Origin: Phycisphaerales bacterium
Lineage (GTDB): Bacteria > Planctomycetota > Phycisphaerae > WQYP01
DNA: 64,000 nt
Direction: 5' to 3'
NCBI GenBank assembly: GCA_027451365.1
Contig: DAIDJN010000058.1
Coordinates: 32,001-96,000 of the forward strand
Shown: positions 1 through 10,084 of the stretch, one piece after another
Layout: each line of letters opens with the position of its first letter
How positions within the stretch are numbered: the first letter of the stretch is position 1
Translations under genes and position numbers: made by a program
Notes under the pieces: model-generated
Seen by the model: only the letters and a program-made list of their open reading frames with translations
What the model was told of the DNA's origin: nothing
Database searches by the model: none

Positions 1-2
1 CC

Positions 3-488
3 CACGGAATGGCGGGAGAACTCGGCCATGTGATCGTCCAGCCGGACGGCGAGGTCTGCGGTTGCGGCAATCGCGGCTGTCTGGAAACGCTGTCCATAGA
101 CCCGGTATTTGTGCGGCGTGTCAATCAACGTGCCGGAAGTAAATGGGATATGGAACAAATTATTGATCGTGTCCGTGCCGGCCAACTGGACGTCACAGCA
201 GACCTGCACGCCACGCTGGACGGATTGGCCACCGGGGTGGCGGCGGCGATCAATATTTTTAATCCGGAACTCGTGGCGCTGTGTACGCGCATGTTTGATG
301 TGTCGCCGGAAGCATTTGATTATCTGGGGCGACGCGTGCGGCAAAAGGCACTCACGCCACTGGCACAGCGGTGCAAGCTGATGCGTGTCGGCGGCGACAC
401 ACTTCGTGGCGGAGTCGCGGCGGCCATACATCATGTTGTTGAGTCGCTTGGCCCGCGGATGAACTGGCTCGGGGAAGATAATTCCTGA
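3..488 (+). CDS. ROK family sugar kinase/transcriptional regulator, 5'-truncated by window edge
   Basis: GMAGELGH and CGCGNRGCLE ROK signatures, INIFNPE motif; frame is open to the window start. Confidence 0.9.
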   Translation, partial: HGMAGELGHVIVQPDGEVCGCGNRGCLETLSIDPVFVRRVNQRAGSKWDMEQIIDRVRAGQLDVTADLHATLDGLATGVAAAINIFNPELVALCTRMFDVSPEAFDYLGRRVRQKALTPLAQRCKLMRVGGDTLRGGVAAAIHHVVESLGPRMNWLGEDNS

Positions 489-578
489 CGAATCGCTTTT
501 CTTTCCATGAATTAAAAAAAACGGCAAATGAGCCGAACAGGTGGGGCATTTGCATGGACCGCTTGTCGCGATTGGCCC

Positions 579-591
579 TGCCAAAATGGCA
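579..591. promoter_or_regulatory. Palindrome TGCCA-AAA-TGGCA, candidate activator site upstream of clpB
   Basis: 5-bp inverted repeat with 3-nt spacer; resembles CCTGTCA-GAT-TGACAGG upstream of the hsp20 pair. Confidence 0.4.
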
Positions 592-653
592 AACCGATGG
601 CCCGGTTTGGTCCAAAAAACGCAATTATTTCACAAATCCGCACCCTTTTCTGT

Positions 654-670
654 TTGGTACGCTCTTTGTT
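654..670 (+). promoter_or_regulatory. sigma54-like -24/-12 promoter (variant GT at -12) for clpB
   Basis: TTGGTACGCTCTTTGTT: GG(656-657)-N10-GT(668-669); near-identical element upstream of hsp20. Confidence 0.55.
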
Positions 671-818
671 ACGCGGAGTGCGCTGGCTGGTAAAATCGGA
701 TCCATGCAAAGGGCATTTGCGATCCGGTCGCCGTCGGCGGTGTCGCCCGCGCCCGGCATCTTCGTGTGGACTCAAACCGCTGGCATCGGTCGGTAGCGGC
801 GCGACGATTGGAGCATAT

Positions 819-3416
819 ATGCGAATGGATAAATTTACTGTCAAGGCGCAGGAGGCGTTGGGAAATGCGCAGTCCATTGCGGCAGGTGACGGCCACAGTG
901 AAGTGACAGCCTTGCATCTGCTGGCGGCGTTGCTGCAGGATCAGGAAGGGATTGTAAGGCCGATTTTATCGCGGATCGGTGGCAGTCCGGCCGGAATCGC
1001 CGAATCGGTAAACAGCCGACTGAGCCGCCTTCCGAAGGTATCGGGCAACGCGCAACTTGGGGCTTCGCGAGACTTAAGCGAAGTTCTTGGCACCGCCCAG
1101 AAGCAGGCTGATCAGTTGAAGGACGAGTACCTCTCAAGCGAACATCTGCTTCTGGCGCTGGCAATGACGGCATCACCGGCGCAGGAAATTCTGTCTGCGG
1201 CGGGAGTGAACCGGGATAAGCTTTTGACGGCATTGAAGGATGTGCGCGGTTCGTCCCGCGTAACGGATGCCAACCCGGAGGACAAATATCAGGCCTTGCA
1301 GAAATATGGCAGAGATCTGGTCGAAGTTGCGCGGCTAGGAAAGCTGGATCCGGTGATCGGTCGGGATGAGGAAATTCGACGCTGCATGCAGGTCTTAAGC
1401 CGCCGAACCAAAAACAATCCCGTTCTGATTGGTGAGCCGGGAGTCGGCAAAACCGCAATCGCCGAAGGACTGGCACAGCGGATTCTTTCCGGCGATGTTC
1501 CGGAAGGACTTAAAAACAAGCGGCTTGTCGCGCTGGATATGGGAGCGCTGATTGCCGGTGCCAAATATCGCGGCGAGTTTGAGGATCGTCTGAAGGCGGT
1601 TCTGAAGGAAGTGGAACAGGCGGATGGGCGGGTGATACTTTTTATTGATGAACTTCATAACGTTGTGGGTGCGGGACGCACTGAAGGGAGCATGGATGCA
1701 TCCAATCTGCTCAAGCCCGCACTGGCCCGCGGCGAACTGCGTTGTCTGGGTGCCACAACGCTGGATGAATACCGGAAATATATTGAAAAAGACCCGGCGC
1801 TGGAGAGACGTTTTCAGCCGGTGATGGTGCCGCAGCCTTCCGTGGAGGATACGATTACGATTCTGCGCGGGCTTAAGCCGCGGTATGAAACGCACCATGG
1901 CGTGCGGATTCAGGATTCGGCGATTGTTGCGGCCGTTACCCTTTCGAATCGCTACATCACCGACCGCTTTCTTCCCGATAAGGCGATTGACCTGATGGAT
2001 GAGGCAGCCAGCAAACTGCGAATTGAAAACGATTCGCTTCCGGCCGGGCTGGATGACGTTCGTCGCCGGATTGTGCAGTTGGAAGTGGAACAGGCCGCGC
2101 TGAAGCTGGAAAAAGATGACTCATCCCGGCAGCAGCTGGAAAAAAACAAAAAGGAACTGGCCGAACTCAAAACCCGCAACGCGGCGCTCACTGCGCAGTG
2201 GGAACGTGAGTCCGGTGTGTTGCGAGCGGTGAAAGCGACGCGTGAAAAAATTCAGGCGTTGCAGACCAGCCTGGAGGAAGCCCAGCGGAAAGGAAAGCTT
2301 GAGGAAGCGGCCCGGTTGCGCTACGGCGACCTGCGGCAATTGGAGGCGGAACTGGCCAGAGGGCAAGCGGAACTTGACCAGATTATTAAATCCGGGCAAT
2401 CAATGGTGCGTGAAGAGGTCACTGCGGAGGAAATCGCGGGCGTGGTGGCGCGATGGACGGGCATACCGGTCACCAAAATGCTGGAGGGAGATCGCCAGCG
2501 GCTGGCCAAAATGGAATCGTTTCTGGAAAAACGCGTCGTCGGACAGGTGGAGGCGGTAAAAGCCGTCAGTGCCGCGGTGCGCCGCAGCCGCGCGGGACTG
2601 GGCGACGCGCGCCGGCCGATCGGCAGTTTCATGTTTCTGGGTCCCACAGGCGTGGGCAAAACGGAATTATGCAAGGCTTTGGCGGAATTCATGTTTGACA
2701 CCGAAGATGCGATGATACGCATTGATATGTCGGAATTCATGGAACCGCACAGCGTGGCCCGGCTTATTGGCGCGCCGCCGGGATATGTGGGTTACGAAGA
2801 AGGCGGCGTTCTGACCGAGGCTGTGCGACGCCGTCCGTACAGCGTCATTCTTTTTGATGAAATTGAAAAGGCCCATCGCGATGTGTTCAATGTGCTGCTC
2901 CAGGTGCTGGACGACGGACGCCTGACGGACGGCCAGGGGCGCACGGTGGATTTTAAAAATACGCTTCTGGCCATGACCAGTAATCTGGGCAGCGGAGTGA
3001 TTCAGGAACTTGCCGGAAAAGAAGGGGCGGAATGGGAAATTGAGGCGGGCGTGCGCGAAGCATTGAAACAGCATTTCCGGCCGGAATTTCTAAACCGTGT
3101 GGATGAAATCGTGATTTTTCACACGCTTAAGAAGTCGCAATTGGCTGAAATTGTGAAAATTCAGCTCTCGCACCTGGAGGCTCGCCTTGCGGGCCGGGGG
3201 AATGCCCTCGTGGTGACGGAGAAAGCCCGGCTGGAGCTTGGTCAGCAGGGGTATGATCCGACCTTCGGGGCCCGACCTCTCAAGCGGGTTATTCAGCAGC
3301 AGATTGAAAATCCTCTGGCGGAAAAAATTCTGGCCGGCGAATTACCTGAGGGTGCGGCCATTACCATTGATGTGGACCGGCATGGGCGGTTTGAATTTGG
3401 CGTGGCGGAGAAATAA
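819..3416 (+). CDS. clpB: ATP-dependent chaperone ClpB
   Basis: MRMDKFT start with GGAG at 810-813; two AAA+ modules ([16 protein letters not shown]), coiled-coil middle domain, RIDMSE, GARPLKR. Confidence 0.97.
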   Translation: MRMDKFTVKAQEALGNAQSIAAGDGHSEVTALHLLAALLQDQEGIVRPILSRIGGSPAGIAESVNSRLSRLPKVSGNAQLGASRDLSEVLGTAQKQADQLKDEYLSSEHLLLALAMTASPAQEILSAAGVNRDKLLTALKDVRGSSRVTDANPEDKYQALQKYGRDLVEVARLGKLDPVIGRDEEIRRCMQVLSRRTKNNPVLIGEPGVGKTAIAEGLAQRILSGDVPEGLKNKRLVALDMGALIAGAKYRGEFEDRLKAVLKEVEQADGRVILFIDELHNVVGAGRTEGSMDASNLLKPALARGELRCLGATTLDEYRKYIEKDPALERRFQPVMVPQPSVEDTITILRGLKPRYETHHGVRIQDSAIVAAVTLSNRYITDRFLPDKAIDLMDEAASKLRIENDSLPAGLDDVRRRIVQLEVEQAALKLEKDDSSRQQLEKNKKELAELKTRNAALTAQWERESGVLRAVKATREKIQALQTSLEEAQRKGKLEEAARLRYGDLRQLEAELARGQAELDQIIKSGQSMVREEVTAEEIAGVVARWTGIPVTKMLEGDRQRLAKMESFLEKRVVGQVEAVKAVSAAVRRSRAGLGDARRPIGSFMFLGPTGVGKTELCKALAEFMFDTEDAMIRIDMSEFMEPHSVARLIGAPPGYVGYEEGGVLTEAVRRRPYSVILFDEIEKAHRDVFNVLLQVLDDGRLTDGQGRTVDFKNTLLAMTSNLGSGVIQELAGKEGAEWEIEAGVREALKQHFRPEFLNRVDEIVIFHTLKKSQLAEIVKIQLSHLEARLAGRGNALVVTEKARLELGQQGYDPTFGARPLKRVIQQQIENPLAEKILAGELPEGAAITIDVDRHGRFEFGVAEK

Positions 3417-3437
3417 GCGGCTGGCCGTGAGATGGTT

Positions 3438-4058
3438 CTAGTGGCTGATTGCCCACGTGGCCATAGCCGCTTGCAGTGTTCGTCCCGGACAGTCGGTTGG
3501 CGTATCAGCAAGCGCTGTGTGGGTAAAGACGCTGGAACTGGGCATTGAGTAAATAATGCCCAGCCAGTCCAGAAACTGCCGAAGAGTCGTTAACTGCAGT
3601 TGGGCCGGTTCCTGCAGTTCAAAGTTTCCCAATATCACAATTCCCAGATTGCCCGCGTTGTGGTTTTTCACATGGGCACCCTGGTATTCCAGCGATCGCA
3701 ATTGCCAGACACGACCGGCACGGTCCACAGCGAAGTGATAGCCGATATCAGCCCAGCCTCGCTGCCCGTCGCCTTTGCCCGTGTGAAATTGGCGGATACG
3801 CTCAAGATAATCCGCGGTTTCGTTCAAAGCCGTTGGCAAAAATGGCTCGGAGAAGCCGCTGTGGTGCAGGGTGATGCGACAGACCCTGCCCAGCGGCTTC
3901 ATTTCTGATACGCGCGGCGCGGCATAAGTGAACATGCGTCTGGGCATAAGGGAAAACGGGAGAAGACCATCCTGTGGCGGCGCCGCGATTCGCCAGGGGA
4001 ACCAAATATCGGCGTGCTCACTGGAGGTCAGTGTCCTGACACCGTGGTCGTTGCTCAT
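3438..4058 (-). CDS. N-acetylmuramoyl-L-alanine amidase (Amidase_2/PGRP-like)
   Basis: ITLHHS, GWADIGYHF, GAHVKNHN, H...T.CPG zinc-amidase motifs. Confidence 0.88.
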   Translation of the reverse strand: MSNDHGVRTLTSSEHADIWFPWRIAAPPQDGLLPFSLMPRRMFTYAAPRVSEMKPLGRVCRITLHHSGFSEPFLPTALNETADYLERIRQFHTGKGDGQRGWADIGYHFAVDRAGRVWQLRSLEYQGAHVKNHNAGNLGIVILGNFELQEPAQLQLTTLRQFLDWLGIIYSMPSSSVFTHTALADTPTDCPGRTLQAAMATWAISH

Positions 4059-4097
4059 TGTGCACCGTCATCATTGTGGTGTGGATACGCCCTTTGC

Positions 4098-4667
4098 TTA
4101 CTGGTCAAGTGGCGCGACGGTAAACTGCTGGCCACCGATCGCGGCCTGCGCCATCAGCCCTGCGGTGGGCTTGGCATATACCACAAGTCCATGTTCATAA
4201 TTGGAGGCGGTTCCGCTACCGGCCTTGATTGCTACGGCAGTGGCCCGTGCGTCAAAGGAAACCGCCCCGATCTTAAAGTCCTGCAATGCGGCGGCGTTCT
4301 GAAACAGAATTAATTCGCGAAAGCTTTGGCCGCCAATTTGTGCGCCAAATGTTCCTTGGGTCATGCGAACATAACCGACCAGTTGCCCCTGTCGGAAAAG
4401 TTCGCCTCGGCCTTCTGCTGCGCCGAAAACCAGCGCACCGGCACCAACCGAAGGCAGCACGGCGTAGCCATAGGCGTGGGCGATCTGTTGAGCGACTGCC
4501 GGGCTGGAACCTTTGAATTCAGCCAGTGCTTCGGCAACCTGAGCATCCATGGCGGACTTGCCGTAGCTGGTCACCGGGGAAATCGGGTGTTCTGAACAGC
4601 CTGCAACAGGAATGATCGTCAGTGCGGCAAGTACCAGAGACGAAAAAACCAGCGAAACAGTACGCAT
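4098..4667 (-). CDS. SYLF/YSC84-like lipid-binding lipoprotein
   Basis: Signal peptide ending VAGC; AYGYAVLPSVG, GAQIGGQ, GLM...IGGQQF; GGAG upstream of ATG 4667. Confidence 0.8.
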   Translation of the reverse strand: MRTVSLVFSSLVLAALTIIPVAGCSEHPISPVTSYGKSAMDAQVAEALAEFKGSSPAVAQQIAHAYGYAVLPSVGAGALVFGAAEGRGELFRQGQLVGYVRMTQGTFGAQIGGQSFRELILFQNAAALQDFKIGAVSFDARATAVAIKAGSGTASNYEHGLVVYAKPTAGLMAQAAIGGQQFTVAPLDQ

Positions 4668-5011
4668 GTAATGCTCCTTAAAAAAAATAAGCCGGGCCTT
4701 TTTGCGCCAAACCAAAAGCCCGTTGTTTGTATTATAGCACGCGAAAGGCGTGGATGGCGTTTTTTTGCAAAAGATAAAAATTTACGCGGATCGGAAATCA
4801 ATGGCAGATTTATTAAGGATCGCAGCGTCTCGGAATTTTTGCCAGGAAGGTGTTTCACACATAACTGACTTGTGGAATAGCGGAAGTGCGAGTCATGCTG
4901 GAAGGCGGCTTTTATATTAGCGGTCTGGCATGATAAATCGGCCAGTTGCCCTGTCATTTATGGCATGTACGCGCCTATGATGTAAAAGAATAATTATGGA
5001 GACCTTTCATC

Positions 5012-5578
5012 ATGCCGGTTGAATATCAACTCTCGTGCCGATTGTGGCTGCCTTTGCCGATTGCGCAGGTATTTCCCTTCTTTGCCGATGCTCATAATTT
5101 GGCGGTTATTACGCCGCCATGGCTGGGATTTGTCATTCACACGCCCGCTCCGATTCATATGCGAGCCGGATGCCTGATTGATTATACGATCCGGTGGCTG
5201 GGAATACCGATAAAATGGCGGACACTGATTTCTGTTTATGAACCACCGGTCCGGTTTGAGGATCGGCAGTTGATCGGGCCATATGCGCAGTGGATACATC
5301 AGCACGAATTTGTCTCCCAAAATGGCGGGACATTGGTGGCGGATCGCGTGCGATATATTATTCGTGGCGGAATTCTTGGACCGTTTGCGCAGGCGGCTTT
5401 CGTGCGACGACAACTGACGGAGATTTTTGAATTCAGGCAGGCCGCAATTAGCCGCCTGCTTATGGTAAACCGTCCCGGAGAATCGCAAATTCTTGAGCCT
5501 GTGACAATCAGCCCGGTTGATGGAAAGATTCAGGATCGCGGGGGAACAAAAGAGCTTTCGAATGCTGGGCAGGTTTAA
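5012..5578 (+). CDS. SRPBCC family protein
   Basis: VFPFFADAHNL..ITPPWL, F.DRQLIGPY..W.HQHEF, IFEFR. Confidence 0.85.
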   Translation: MPVEYQLSCRLWLPLPIAQVFPFFADAHNLAVITPPWLGFVIHTPAPIHMRAGCLIDYTIRWLGIPIKWRTLISVYEPPVRFEDRQLIGPYAQWIHQHEFVSQNGGTLVADRVRYIIRGGILGPFAQAAFVRRQLTEIFEFRQAAISRLLMVNRPGESQILEPVTISPVDGKIQDRGGTKELSNAGQV

Positions 5579-6272
5579 GCCCCGCGAGTGTGAATCGCGC
5601 AAAGCGATGCAGATGGCAGTCAAGCCAGGGTGCCTTGAGCCTGTCGCGCCATGCAAGGGTTTCCTGCACGGTCCATCCTTTGGCGACTGACAAGCGAGCA
5701 TCATGTCGGCTTAGCGGATCGGAAAAGAGTGTCAGTACATAAATTGCTGCCCGCGCCCAAGTGGTGCGCACAAGGTCGTTGACGATCAGCCCAGAGCGGC
5801 TTACGCGAAGCATCTCCCGTAAAACGGCCAACGCGTCTTCATCGCTCAAATGATGCAAAAACATGCTGCAGGTTGCGATATCCACCGAATTATCCGCCAG
5901 CGGCAACCGCAGGGCATCAGCGCGGATGAACGAAAGGTATTCTGTGCCGGAAGTCCATTCCCGCGCAATGTCCAGGGTAATCGGATGCAGGTCAACGCCG
6001 ACAATCTGAACCCGGCGACCGATGTTTTTGGCCCAATTCAGTACCGCCTTGGGAATATCGGCTGATCCGGTGGCGACATCCAGAATAGTGATCGGACCGG
6101 TGGGCAAAAGCCCCGCTGAAGCCCAGTCCTTCAGATGATCGACCACGACACGAGTTCCACCAAGTGAGTGGTTCACCCAGCGGATATAGCCAAGCTCGCG
6201 AAGCAAGTCCTGCCGCGTGACATTCGGGTCATCCATGTATTCGCGCAAGTGTGTTGGCCGGCCCGATTTCAT
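5508..6272 (-). CDS. Class I SAM-dependent methyltransferase
   Basis: EYMDD, ILDVATGSADIP, ADALRLP...SVD, MFLHH, HDARLSV; 3' end overlaps the convergent SRPBCC gene by 71 bp. Confidence 0.85.
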   Translation of the reverse strand: MKSGRPTHLREYMDDPNVTRQDLLRELGYIRWVNHSLGGTRVVVDHLKDWASAGLLPTGPITILDVATGSADIPKAVLNWAKNIGRRVQIVGVDLHPITLDIAREWTSGTEYLSFIRADALRLPLADNSVDIATCSMFLHHLSDEDALAVLREMLRVSRSGLIVNDLVRTTWARAAIYVLTLFSDPLSRHDARLSVAKGWTVQETLAWRDRLKAPWLDCHLHRFARFTLAGLKPAQHSKALLFPRDPESFHQPG

Positions 6273-6287
6273 GATGCACCATACCTT

Positions 6288-6803
6288 TTACGGCATTGTG
6301 GTGGCCGGCATGGTGGCCGGAGTTGTATTTGGACTGCGGCTGCCCAGCGGGCTAAGCGTGTCGGTCGCGCTGCCCGCGGTTGAACTCGTTGGCGCGATAA
6401 CCACATACACATAGGTATGAAACCAACTGTGCTTGACGGTAATGGTGCAGCTTTCCGGCGGTTTGCTGAAGGATTCCACAATGCCCGCCGGCCCCTGTGT
6501 TTCCTGCTGAAGCGCCCAGCCGTCAGTTGGCATGTAATGTGTGTAAAACCGTGCCACGGAAAGCCGCGGGTCGGAACCTTTGTAAACCTGATTTACCAGT
6601 CGAAGATTTGATCCGGGAATAAGCGTGAAAGAAGAATGGCTAAGTTGAATATGAAATCCATCCGGTATTGGAACATCGGCCACGGGCGGAGTCAGCCCGG
6701 GGGCCAGAAGTGTCTGCGGGGATCCACTGGAGCAGGCGGTTAGAAGGCATCCGGCGGCTGCAAGAATCATAGTGCCAATTGTCATGGAAATCGGTTTTGT
6801 CAT
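6288..6803 (-). CDS. Hypothetical lipoprotein
   Basis: Hydrophobic signal with LTAC lipobox; Thr/Pro-rich tail; GGAG upstream. Confidence 0.7.
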   Translation of the reverse strand: MTKPISMTIGTMILAAAGCLLTACSSGSPQTLLAPGLTPPVADVPIPDGFHIQLSHSSFTLIPGSNLRLVNQVYKGSDPRLSVARFYTHYMPTDGWALQQETQGPAGIVESFSKPPESCTITVKHSWFHTYVYVVIAPTSSTAGSATDTLSPLGSRSPNTTPATMPATTMP

Positions 6804-6898
6804 TGTGGTCTCCTGTGTTAAAAAACCCGCTTATTTACCCGTGCGGCCGGCGGGACATTGCCCACACTGCGCTGCCGACTTTGCGGAACCGAGCTATA

Positions 6899-7723
6899 TT
6901 ATAGCCGATAGGCTTGTGTTGCGGTTCTTTCGTAAATCCATTCTTGTTCGTCGGCGCTAAGGCTCGCGGTAATGCAGCCTAGTGCTTTGAACCACCGCTG
7001 ATAGCCGCCCGCCACGGCACACACCGGCCAATCGGAGCCGAACATGATCCGCCGCGGACCGAAGGCTTCCAGTACGGTATCCACGTAAGGCTGCAAAGAC
7101 TTTTCCGACCAGCCCGTCCAGTCCGCTTCAGTCACCATTCCCGATAGCTTGCAATAGACGTTCGGCCGACGGGCGAGATTTCGTAAATCGGTTCGCCATG
7201 GCTCAAGCTGTCCCTTCTTTATGGCGGGTTTGGCAATATGGTCAAGAACAAAAACCTGTCGCGGATGCCGGTCCACCAACTGAATACTGATGGGCAAGTG
7301 TCGCGCGAAAATAAGCAGGTCGTAGCGCAGGCCCAGCGGTGCCAGGCAGCCGAGGCCGGCGCCAAAATCGGCACGCAACATATATTGGTCGTCGGCTTCA
7401 TCATGCAGTACATGCCGTACGCCTTTGAGTCGTGGATTGGCGGCATATTGCTCAAGAATTCCGCCGACACCCGGGTCATTCAGCGGCACCCATCCGACCA
7501 CACCACGGACGAAGGGGTGTTGCGCCGCCAGGTTCAGCAAAAAATCCGTTTCTTTCAGTATTTGCCTTGCCTGTACGCTGACCACGCCTGATATGCCCGC
7601 TGCGTCGATTTCTGTCTTCAGGTGATGCGGGAGATAATCGCGCCGCAATGTGGCCAGCGAATCGTCCATCCAGGGGTATTCGGACTGTTTGTATTGCCAG
7701 AAATGATGGTGTGCGTCAATCAT
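6899..7723 (-). CDS. Amidohydrolase_2 family protein (L-fuconolactonase-like)
   Basis: IDAHHHFW, VLDHIAKP, CKLSG, MFGSDWPV; start at 7723 or 7762. Confidence 0.88.
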   Translation of the reverse strand: MIDAHHHFWQYKQSEYPWMDDSLATLRRDYLPHHLKTEIDAAGISGVVSVQARQILKETDFLLNLAAQHPFVRGVVGWVPLNDPGVGGILEQYAANPRLKGVRHVLHDEADDQYMLRADFGAGLGCLAPLGLRYDLLIFARHLPISIQLVDRHPRQVFVLDHIAKPAIKKGQLEPWRTDLRNLARRPNVYCKLSGMVTEADWTGWSEKSLQPYVDTVLEAFGPRRIMFGSDWPVCAVAGGYQRWFKALGCITASLSADEQEWIYERTATQAYRL

Positions 7724-7768
7724 TGAAGATGTCCGGTGTAAGTGAATATATTTTGTTGACAAGCATGG

Positions 7769-8482
7769 TCAGTCATCAAAAATCTCCGGATCGGTCTTTG
7801 CGGGTTGAATTTGAATCGATGCCGGCTGGGTCGGGCAGGCCTGTTCGCACATGCCGCAGCCGACGCATCCGCCCGGCTTCACCAGCACCCGTCCGGTGGT
7901 ATCGCTGACAACAATGGCCTGTTCGCCAAGTGGGCAGCTTTCAAGGCAGAGGCGGCAATCTTCGCCGTGGTAGCGCAGGCATGTTTCATGGGTGACAACG
8001 GCCAGCCCCATGCGGATATGAAATTTATCCACCAAAGTCAGGGCACCGCTGGGACATATTTTCATACAGGCCTGTTCATCGCATACGACGCACGGAGCCA
8101 ACGCCGGCACGATATAGGGAAAACCGCCGCCGATCTGATTTGTATTGTCCAGTTGAATGCACTTGACCGGGCAGGCCGTGGCACACTGGCCGCATCGCGA
8201 GCAAAGCGTTTCGAATTCGTCGCCCGGCTTGGCACCCGGCGGTCGCAAAAAGATGGTCGGCTCCGGCTGATATGGGGGGGGAGTCACCTCATCCATATCA
8301 TCAGAAAAGGCTTGGGGGAACTTGCCCTGAAGGGCGCTGGTCATTGGTTCCACACGGCGTTCCACAAGATGGGCCAGCGGGTTTAAGGCATCGCGGAATG
8401 CCTTGGCAAAAAAATCGCGGCGGCCGGGATCTTCGGGCGAATCGGCGGGTTGGGGCGTAGCTGGTGTGGAATTCGGATCCAT
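7769..8482 (-). CDS. MauM/NapG-type multi-4Fe-4S ferredoxin-like protein
   Basis: RRDFF, LRPPGA, CSRCGQCATACP, CVVC...CP, CRLCLESCP, CVGCGMCEQACP. Confidence 0.85.
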   Translation of the reverse strand: MDPNSTPATPQPADSPEDPGRRDFFAKAFRDALNPLAHLVERRVEPMTSALQGKFPQAFSDDMDEVTPPPYQPEPTIFLRPPGAKPGDEFETLCSRCGQCATACPVKCIQLDNTNQIGGGFPYIVPALAPCVVCDEQACMKICPSGALTLVDKFHIRMGLAVVTHETCLRYHGEDCRLCLESCPLGEQAIVVSDTTGRVLVKPGGCVGCGMCEQACPTQPASIQIQPAKTDPEIFDD

Positions 8483-8687
8483 AGGCCGCCGATTATAGTG
8501 GATGCGAGAATGATAAAAAACAGCGCGATGGTGTCGTTTACGCGAAAATTTGAAAGTGATGGCGCGTTTAATTGAAACTGGGTCTCAATCGTCTTATAGT
8601 GACTTTTGCTGCGGGCCTTTGGTGCCATTCGGGCGCGGGCATCTTTTGGGTAAGTTAAGCGGACGGCAAGGTAAGGACAATTGATTC

Positions 8688-10046
8688 ATGCGTTCCTCGG
8701 TTAACCGTCGCACCAGAAGTCCCACGTCCGATGGATTGCCAGCCCAGAAATCCGGCGATAATCCCCAATTGGCTTCGGAGGCAAAATTAAATCAAGCCGA
8801 TGGCGCGCTGGCGACGGCGTCAAATGCGGTGCCACTGTGGAAGCTGATGTTGCTGGTCATGGGGCCTGGGCTGGTGGTGATGCTGGCGGACACCGACGCG
8901 GGCAGCGCCATTACCGCCGCACAAAGCGGTGCGCAATTTGCCTATAAACTTCTCCCGTTTCAGATCATTTTAATTCCAATTCTGTATGTCGTCCAAGAAC
9001 TTACCGTCCGCCTTGGGCTGGCCACCCAGCGCGGTCACGGGGAACTGATTAAGGAGCGATTCGGCGCGTTCTGGGCGTGGATTTCCGTGAGCACTCTGGT
9101 GGTATCCTGTCTGGGCGCGTTAATGACGGAGTTCGCCGGAATTTCCGGAGTCGGTCTGCTGTTTGGCGTGCCGCAATGGGCCAGTATTGGTGCCACAATT
9201 TTATTTCTGGTTGTCGTGGTGGCGACAGGCAGCTACCGACAGGTGGAAATTGTGGCGCTTCTGATTGGTATGTTTGAATTTGCGTTTATCGCCGTGGCTA
9301 TTGTGGCCCGCCCGGACCCGCACGCGATGCTTGCCGATTCCATCCGCATGCCGCTGGCCAACAAGGACTTTTTGTTTCTGGTTGCCGGAAATGTGGGCGC
9401 GGTCATCATGCCGTGGATGGTTTTTTATCAGCAGTCCGCGGTGATTGACAAAGGTCTGTGCGTCAGACATATCCGCCCGGCGCGATGGGATACACTGCTG
9501 GGCGCATTTGTCACGCAAATTATCATGGCTTCAATTCTGATTCTTACTGCCGCAACCATCGGCAGGACCAATCCGCAAACGCCGTTGAATTCCGTTCAGG
9601 AAATTGCCAAAGCTCTTACTCCGCTGATCGGTTCCTACTGGGGCCGGGTGGTGTTTGCAATGGGAATGCTGGGTGCGGCGCTTGTCGCGACCATTGTGGT
9701 ATCATTGACCGCGGCTTGGGGGTTGGGCGAAGTTACCGGGTACAAGCGTTCGCTGGCGCACCATCCATTTGAAGCGCCTTGGTTCTATGTTGTGTACACG
9801 CTCAGCCTGCTGTTTGGCGCGGGGATCGTGCTTTCGGGGATTAACCTGGTCAAATTATCAGTCGGTGTGGAGGTGATGAACGCGCTGTTGCTGCCGGTGG
9901 TCCTTGGCTTCTTATTTATGCTTGCAATCAAGGCAATTCCTGAACCATGGCGCCTCAAAGGCCCGTACGCCTGGGTGGTGGGCGGGATTGTGGTGCTTAC
10001 GTCGGTGGTAGGTGTTTATGCCGGGCTGGCCGGGATTTTTTTCTGA
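8688..10046 (+). CDS. NRAMP-family divalent metal transporter
   Basis: GPGLVVMLADTDAG, GAVIMPWMVFYQQS, about 11 hydrophobic segments. Confidence 0.88.
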   Translation: MRSSVNRRTRSPTSDGLPAQKSGDNPQLASEAKLNQADGALATASNAVPLWKLMLLVMGPGLVVMLADTDAGSAITAAQSGAQFAYKLLPFQIILIPILYVVQELTVRLGLATQRGHGELIKERFGAFWAWISVSTLVVSCLGALMTEFAGISGVGLLFGVPQWASIGATILFLVVVVATGSYRQVEIVALLIGMFEFAFIAVAIVARPDPHAMLADSIRMPLANKDFLFLVAGNVGAVIMPWMVFYQQSAVIDKGLCVRHIRPARWDTLLGAFVTQIIMASILILTAATIGRTNPQTPLNSVQEIAKALTPLIGSYWGRVVFAMGMLGAALVATIVVSLTAAWGLGEVTGYKRSLAHHPFEAPWFYVVYTLSLLFGAGIVLSGINLVKLSVGVEVMNALLLPVVLGFLFMLAIKAIPEPWRLKGPYAWVVGGIVVLTSVVGVYAGLAGIFF

Positions 10047-10084
10047 CACTTATCTTCCCGGACACAGTGGCCTACAATCTGGCC

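Noticed and set aside
528..818. 97-aa N-terminal extension of ClpB in the ORF track
   Set aside because: ClpB similarity starts at MRMDKFT (819) with an RBS; the upstream stretch looks like promoter DNA
3438..4058. Amidase as a phage endolysin
   Set aside because: No phage genes nearby; context is housekeeping
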